A stretch of 64,000 bases of DNA, from positions 2,140 through 66,139 of the forward strand of contig CAZHCJ010000001.1 of NCBI GenBank assembly GCA_964530945.1, given 5' to 3'. The notes beneath the pieces are model-generated. The model worked only from the letters and a program-made list of their open reading frames with translations. It was not told where the DNA came from and searched no databases. This stretch comes from Candidatus Woesearchaeota archaeon (GTDB taxonomy: Archaea; Nanobdellota; Nanobdellia; Pacearchaeales; GW2011-AR1). The translations under genes were made by a program, and so were the position numbers. This document shows, piece by piece, positions 58,613-64,000 of the stretch (position 1 is the stretch's first letter; each line of letters opens with the position of its first letter).

Positions 58613-58775
58613 AAGATTTTTGTGTTAATTTATTATTTAAATCTTTGGTATCGGAGAATCTTTGATTCTCTTTAGCCATAAGATACTGTTTGTAAATCTC
58701 TTTATAAAGATTTCTATATATTTATTTAGAAAACTCTAACGAAACATATTTAAACAAAGAACAAGATTTTTTGAT

Positions 58776-59144
58776 ATGAAACAAGGACGAAAGACTTCTG
58801 GAGGGAAGTATAAGAAACATAGAAAAAGAAAGTCTTATGAGAGAATCGGTCAAAGAACGAATGTTAAGCTTGGAGAAAAAGAAAAAAAGAAAGGCAAAAG
58901 AGTCATGGGTGGAAACAAAAAAACCCATTTGCTTAATGTTAAATTTGTAAACCTGGTGTCTAGTAAAGGAAAGAACCAACGGGCTGAAATTAAAAACGTT
59001 TTTCAAACACCTTCAAATCGTTTCTTAGCTAGACAAAACATCATAACAAAAGGCACAATTGTAGAAACAGACAAAGGCAAAGTAAAAATAACAAACCGTC
59101 CGAGCCAAGAAGGCATGGTTAATGGAATTCTTGTAAAAGAGTGA
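58776..59144 (+). CDS. rps8e: 30S ribosomal protein S8e
   Basis: RKTSGG, RVMGGNKK, RQNIITKGTIVET, TNRPSQEGMVNG. Confidence 0.95.
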   Translation: MKQGRKTSGGKYKKHRKRKSYERIGQRTNVKLGEKEKKKGKRVMGGNKKTHLLNVKFVNLVSSKGKNQRAEIKNVFQTPSNRFLARQNIITKGTIVETDKGKVKITNRPSQEGMVNGILVKE

Positions 59145-59252
59145 TTTTAAACTTTTACCACTTTAACATAATACGCAAATAGAAAGGTTTTTAAACTAAA
59201 ATCGTTTATAAATGTTACGATAGATTTAAAAACTAATTCAAAACTATTTCAA

Positions 59253-60218
59253 ATGGCTTCAATAAAAAAATGTCCTGAATGCGGCGGCGTCAACCTAACA
59301 TACGATCCTCATCTCGGAGAAGTTGTATGTAACGATTGTGGCTTAGTTGTTGAAGAAAAAATGGTTGATTCTGGAATAGATCTTCACGGCAAATTTGACA
59401 AAAGCGAAAAAAAAGGGCGTGGCGGAGCCCCAACAAGCATTCAAAAATTCGACAAAGGTTTAACGACAAACGTTGGAGAAATCTCTGATATTTATAGATT
59501 AGATTCAAAACAAACACGTAAGTTTCTTCGTTTGAAAAAATGGCAGGAACGTGTTTCCACAAGCATAGAACGTAATCTAAGGCTTGCAATGGCAGAGCTG
59601 CGCGTCATTTCTTCTTACTTGAGCCTGCCAAACGTTGTAAGGGATGAAGCCGCAAGAATATACAATTATGTGTTGCAACGCGGTCTTGTAAGAGGTAGGA
59701 GCATGGAATCTGTAATCGCAGCATGTTTATATGCTGCATGTCGTTCATACAGCGTTCCGAGAACTCTAGATGAAATGGCTACTGCTTCCGATGTTGAACG
59801 TAAAGAAATTGGCAGAACATACAGATTCATAATTAGAAAACTAGGAATAAAAGTTAAGCAAAGCTCTCCAAAAGATTACATATCGCGTTTCTCATCCGTT
59901 TTAAAACTCAGTCCCAAATCCCAAAACATTGCTCTTGAAGTTTTAGATGATGCGGAAAAAGCAGAACTTACATCTGGAAGAGGTCCTGCAGGAATAGCTG
60001 CCGCGGCACTCTACGTTGCCGCGTTAATGAATGATGAAAAGAAAACCCAAAGAGAAGTTGCAGACATCGCAGGGATTACGGAGGTAACAATACGTAATAG
60101 ATATAAAGAACTAATAGAAAAGCTTGGATTGGAAGAAAAGATAAGTCAAAAAGAAAACGAAGAGAAAAAAAACAAAGATAAAAATTCAAAGAAAGAAAAA
60201 ATTAAGAAGAAGAAATAA
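59253..60218 (+). CDS. tfb: Transcription initiation factor TFB
   Basis: CPECG...VCNDCGLV, ERNL..A, GLVRGRS, SGRGPAG, TQREVADIAGITEVTIRNRYKEL. Confidence 0.97.
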   Translation: MASIKKCPECGGVNLTYDPHLGEVVCNDCGLVVEEKMVDSGIDLHGKFDKSEKKGRGGAPTSIQKFDKGLTTNVGEISDIYRLDSKQTRKFLRLKKWQERVSTSIERNLRLAMAELRVISSYLSLPNVVRDEAARIYNYVLQRGLVRGRSMESVIAACLYAACRSYSVPRTLDEMATASDVERKEIGRTYRFIIRKLGIKVKQSSPKDYISRFSSVLKLSPKSQNIALEVLDDAEKAELTSGRGPAGIAAAALYVAALMNDEKKTQREVADIAGITEVTIRNRYKELIEKLGLEEKISQKENEEKKNKDKNSKKEKIKKKK

Positions 60219-60310
60219 TTCTAAAACTTTTTATACCTCAAAAAAGTATTAATCTTAACCACTTTGACTGCATTATCTTTTAAATTCTAAAGGTCGCAGA
60301 AGATTTTTAT

Positions 60311-60394
60311 GCGGGGGTGCCGGAGTGGTCAAACGGACAAGATTAAGGCTCTTGTGGCTTAGTGCCTACGCAGGTTCGAATCCTGTCTCCCGCA
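60311..60394 (+). tRNA. tRNA-Leu with anticodon AAG
   Basis: Acceptor GCGGGGG/CTCCCGC plus A73, long variable arm, anticodon arm CAAGA-TTAAGGC-TCTTG. Confidence 0.9.
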
Positions 60395-60402
60395 TTAAAA
60401 CT

Positions 60403-63400
60403 CTAATTCTCCAATGGTTGCCCTTCAGAATCACAGCTAACAGGGCAATTGCCATATGCAGGCGCACTTATCTCATATCCTGAAGGAAAATTTGGATTAT
60501 CTTCATACAAAAAATCTTTATCCAATCCTCGAGGTTCTGAATCATCTTTCTGAGGATTTGTGCACCCGTGCCCAATAAGATTTCCTGTTTCAATATTGTA
60601 TTTGTCAATCAAATAATGGACTAGCTTCGAAAGTGATTCTTTCTGACTTTCTGTATATTCATCCTCTCCCTCTCCAAGATTTACTATCTCTATACCTATA
60701 GATAAAGAATTTAAACAATTTGCGTGCTGAGCACTAAGTTCTTCAGGAACTACTCTTACAATTCTTCCGTCTTTTCCAACAATGTAATGAATACTATTCC
60801 TGTTTTTAATTAATGCCAAAAGGGTAGCCTCCACACTTCCCGATGCAGAATGGTGCAAAACAATATACTCTGGAGTTGCATCATTGCTTCTCTCTAAATG
60901 ATTAAATGCGGAAAGAGACATCTCTTCGGATAAAGAATCCAAAAAAGGATGAGAATCTGAATAAAAACTACCTTCTCCCTCTGAATCTTCTTCAGTTTCT
61001 GGTTCTTCAGTTTCTGGTTCATCTTCATCGTCATCATCTTGAGAAACTAAATTTTGATAAGCACTCAAAGCAATCTCTCCTAAAGCATTCCCCCTCAACC
61101 AGTAAAGATGTCCTTTTTGATTGTTGTAAAATACTTTATTGATGTTGTCAGTAATGTTGTTTACCAAATCCATTCCTCTCAGGCCTTTTAAGCCATCTAG
61201 AAAGCCTTCAAAATTCGTTATGTAATCACCACTCTCTTTAAGAGAGTTTAATGCTTTTTCTTCATGCACGCTTAAAATTTCGTCTTCAACTTCACTGGAC
61301 CTAACAATGTTTTCCACGCTTTGAGCATCAAGCCAACATTTTAAGTTTTCTTGTCCGCAATTTCCTACCTCTTTCCATCTTGCATCTTCCGTTCCAAAGC
61401 TAGGATCAGAACCTTTTCCTGGACTTTCTGTAGAACAAACACGAATTATTCCCTTATTGTATATCTCAGGATTTATTGCATCTTCAACAGCAGACTGAGG
61501 ATTCAAACTCATTAAAACATCTAATTTTGGAGTTCCTGAAACACAATCTTCTGCAGAATCTATATTCTCTTCTAGTGCTTGATCTTTTATATACTGGTCA
61601 CGAATAATGTCTGTTGCAAGACTTGTTGAAACCGTTTGGAACCCACACTCTTCTTGTCCATTGACAATAATACATAATTCATTATACCCTGAAGGAGCTG
61701 TAAAGTCTTTTGTTTGAGTGATTTTCTCTCCAACATCTAAACTTCCTGCCGCAACAACCCTCCTATAGTTAGTGTCTCCAAAGTAACTCGGATTGCCTTT
61801 CAAATAAACCTCATAAATTGCAGGAGAGTCTCTTCCTGAGAATATGAAATAAAATACTTTATAGTGCGAAATAGGTGGATTTGTTGTGCTAGTATATTCT
61901 ATCTCCTGAAAGGTTCCATGGAATTGAGCAGGTGAATCTGGTTGAGTTAACGCGTCTAAAAGTGAACCCATATCTGGATACGCGCCAGAAATCCAACTCT
62001 TGCAAACCTCGGTTCCTGCATTTTGAATACTCCTTGCCTTGAAAGCCTCAAAAGAATTTGCAGCATAATAATCTGTTATGTAATCCACAGATTCACTGGC
62101 ACGGTCAAAAGAATCTTCAACAGTAAGATACTCTCCACCCCCGCTTCCTCCCTGTCCAAAGACACGCTCAACCCCTTCTTTTACAAAAAGTTCTCCTAAA
62201 GGCTTCGCTTCTCTCCATAATAAATCACACATATAAACACTATTTATCTCATCACAAATCCCTACTGTTTGACCTGTATCTAAACTTGTTTGAAGACATT
62301 GCGTATAAGAGTCTATTACCTCTGTAAGTCCATCGACACCGGCATGAATTCCTGTTAAACAAATAGGGACTTTCACTTCTGGAAAGTTCGGTAAACAAAG
62401 CAAAGTACTCCCTATTATTCCCGACTGCACAACATCATCTACAGGGTATTCTCCGCCAAAATCGCATCTAGAATTTGGGCAAACGAATGGGTCACAAATG
62501 TTAAACAATAAATTACAATCCGAAGGAGACATGAAGTCTTGACATTGTATGTCTGGAGTGCCAACATAAGTCTTTCCAATAGTAAAAATTTCTGTTCCCC
62601 CACATGTCGTTCTGATACTTATTTTATCTCCTACATCTCTTCTTTGACCTTCCTCTGATGCTTGCCTTATTGCACTAACAGAGCAATCAACTAAGTTTGA
62701 AGCTTCATTCTCACTCAAACCAGGAAATTGATTGTATGGTTGTCCGGTTCCAAGATTAATCATCTGACAAATATCATCCGATGTACCTGAGCTAAATTCC
62801 TCTTCTCCATTCTCACCGACATTGCAAACAAAGAAACTAGAAATTCTTCCAGAATCTTCATATGAGCCCATACTTCTCCCAATAGGCAATGTAGGTTTTA
62901 TTGCGGCATACCAGCCATCATCAGTATCAAAAGGAACAATTGCAGGTAAATTCTCATACTTTCCAGAATCATAAAAACGTATTTCTGGATTTTTATATTT
63001 GTTCTTATACGATTCTCCATCGATTTTTTCTAAATCAATATTCAGGGGATTTGTTTGTTCATTACTATACTCTTCTAAGTTTCCTATACTTGTTATCAAA
63101 TATGTTTGAATTATATTGTAATCATCATCTAAAACAAACAAAATTTTTTCTTGATTACTTCCATGCTTGTATAAGAAAGGATATACAAAACTAGAATCAT
63201 CTATTTTTGAATGTGAGTTAGAGTTGAAATTGTTTTTAACATTGTTAAATCTCTTAACATCACTCACCACATAGTCTTTCTGGTTTGGAACACTCACAAT
63301 TGCTTCCTCAAAACCATACTTCTCTGCAAAATCATCTTTCTCTTTTTCCGACTTGGAATTAATCCAAACTTCAATCAATTCAGATTTTATCTCTTGCATA

Positions 63401-64000
63401 GCTATCGCTTTAAGATTTTCATCTCCAGAAACCAATAATCTAGAATTAACATTCAAATCCCTAGCTTCACTCAAAAGGGTATTTGAACTACCTATCAAAG
63501 CGATAATATCTCTAACAGGAACGGGATTTCCTTCAATTTCAATTGTTTCCCCCATCTCCGATTCAATTCTCGAAACAAGATTATCTTTAAAACTAGAATC
63601 AACATAAGTTTCGTAAACTTTCTTTGTGTCTATAACTTCTCCAAATAATCCGCCTTCAGAGAATCTTCCTTCAATAGAATCTATTTCTTGATTTTCTTTT
63701 CCTATCTCTCCTGCAACAGCACTAACATCTGCCTCAATAGCATCATTATTTTCTAAAAGGCATTGGTCTACACTCCCATAAGCCCCATTTTTGTATTCCT
63801 GTTCACACTTCTTGAACCAGCCTTCTTCTCCACGCATCACATTTTGTCTTGCGATTCCTGCGCCCCCAATATTCGAAAAGAAATTTTTAACTATCAACCC
63901 TCCTGCAGTTACCAAACAAGAAGTTTTTCCAACTTTAACCACTTTTCCCAATACGTCTTCAATCTTTTCAAGTTTAACAAGTGTTTCGTTCCAAGATTCA
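60403..64000 (-). CDS. Giant Cys-rich protein, probably extracellular, with C-terminal N-acetylmuramoyl-L-alanine amidase (Amidase_2) domain; 5' end outside the window
   Basis: Frame open to the window edge. C-terminal YIVLHHSA...SIHYIVGKDG.I...AQHA..NS.SIGIE...YT..Q...L....I....LIGH follows an acidic linker. Confidence 0.85.
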   Translation of the reverse strand, partial: ESWNETLVKLEKIEDVLGKVVKVGKTSCLVTAGGLIVKNFFSNIGGAGIARQNVMRGEEGWFKKCEQEYKNGAYGSVDQCLLENNDAIEADVSAVAGEIGKENQEIDSIEGRFSEGGLFGEVIDTKKVYETYVDSSFKDNLVSRIESEMGETIEIEGNPVPVRDIIALIGSSNTLLSEARDLNVNSRLLVSGDENLKAIAMQEIKSELIEVWINSKSEKEKDDFAEKYGFEEAIVSVPNQKDYVVSDVKRFNNVKNNFNSNSHSKIDDSSFVYPFLYKHGSNQEKILFVLDDDYNIIQTYLITSIGNLEEYSNEQTNPLNIDLEKIDGESYKNKYKNPEIRFYDSGKYENLPAIVPFDTDDGWYAAIKPTLPIGRSMGSYEDSGRISSFFVCNVGENGEEEFSSGTSDDICQMINLGTGQPYNQFPGLSENEASNLVDCSVSAIRQASEEGQRRDVGDKISIRTTCGGTEIFTIGKTYVGTPDIQCQDFMSPSDCNLLFNICDPFVCPNSRCDFGGEYPVDDVVQSGIIGSTLLCLPNFPEVKVPICLTGIHAGVDGLTEVIDSYTQCLQTSLDTGQTVGICDEINSVYMCDLLWREAKPLGELFVKEGVERVFGQGGSGGGEYLTVEDSFDRASESVDYITDYYAANSFEAFKARSIQNAGTEVCKSWISGAYPDMGSLLDALTQPDSPAQFHGTFQEIEYTSTTNPPISHYKVFYFIFSGRDSPAIYEVYLKGNPSYFGDTNYRRVVAAGSLDVGEKITQTKDFTAPSGYNELCIIVNGQEECGFQTVSTSLATDIIRDQYIKDQALEENIDSAEDCVSGTPKLDVLMSLNPQSAVEDAINPEIYNKGIIRVCSTESPGKGSDPSFGTEDARWKEVGNCGQENLKCWLDAQSVENIVRSSEVEDEILSVHEEKALNSLKESGDYITNFEGFLDGLKGLRGMDLVNNITDNINKVFYNNQKGHLYWLRGNALGEIALSAYQNLVSQDDDDEDEPETEEPETEEDSEGEGSFYSDSHPFLDSLSEEMSLSAFNHLERSNDATPEYIVLHHSASGSVEATLLALIKNRNSIHYIVGKDGRIVRVVPEELSAQHANCLNSLSIGIEIVNLGEGEDEYTESQKESLSKLVHYLIDKYNIETGNLIGHGCTNPQKDDSEPRGLDKDFLYEDNPNFPSGYEISAPAYGNCPVSCDSEGQPLEN
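60988..61017. repeat. 15-bp tandem duplication in the acidic linker (EPETE x2)
   Basis: TTCTTCAGTTTCTGG occurs twice in tandem. Confidence 0.8.

Noticed and set aside
1..64000. DGR reverse transcriptase, Avd or template repeat inside the window
   Set aside because: No ORF with RT motifs (YxDD in an RT context) and no second, A-rich copy of either VR-like tract was seen by eye. A computational self-alignment is still advisable.
1..64000. CRISPR array, rRNA, intact transposase or integrase
   Set aside because: No regularly spaced repeats, no long structured GC-rich tract and no such ORFs.

Overview
AT-rich, gene-dense chromosomal window from a small-genome archaeon. The gene content and the hypothetical-protein families suggest DPANN/Nanoarchaeota, probably Pacearchaeota-like; this assignment is inferred. 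Housekeeping genes dominate: DNA ligase and MCM (each with a LAGLIDADG intein), an RPA-like protein, TBP, TFB, TFE, aIF-2beta, aIF-1A, FtsZ, six aminoacyl-tRNA synthetases, GatD/GatE, EndA, RNase Z, SmAP, S8e, S17e and six tRNAs, three with canonical BHB introns. Main observations: (1) two dispersed genes end in adenine-depleted, GC-rich segments with no third-position A, each followed by a triloop DNA hairpin. This is the signature of diversity-generating-retroelement (DGR) target genes, yet no RT or template repeat is visible in the window. (2) A giant Cys-rich protein ends in a peptidoglycan amidase domain. (3) A tRNA-Leu has an A34 anticodon (AAG). (4) GlyRS is fused to a transposase/Fic-like N-terminal beta-domain. 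(5) A DisA cyclase lies next to a DHH/DHHA1 phosphoesterase. (6) A 55-aa, 80% acidic protein and an H1-like basic protein are both present. (7) Toxin-antitoxin modules appear to be decaying and carry palindromic operators. (8) GatE lacks its insertion domain and LeuRS is a bacterial/archaeal chimera. No CRISPR array, rRNA or intact transposase was seen.
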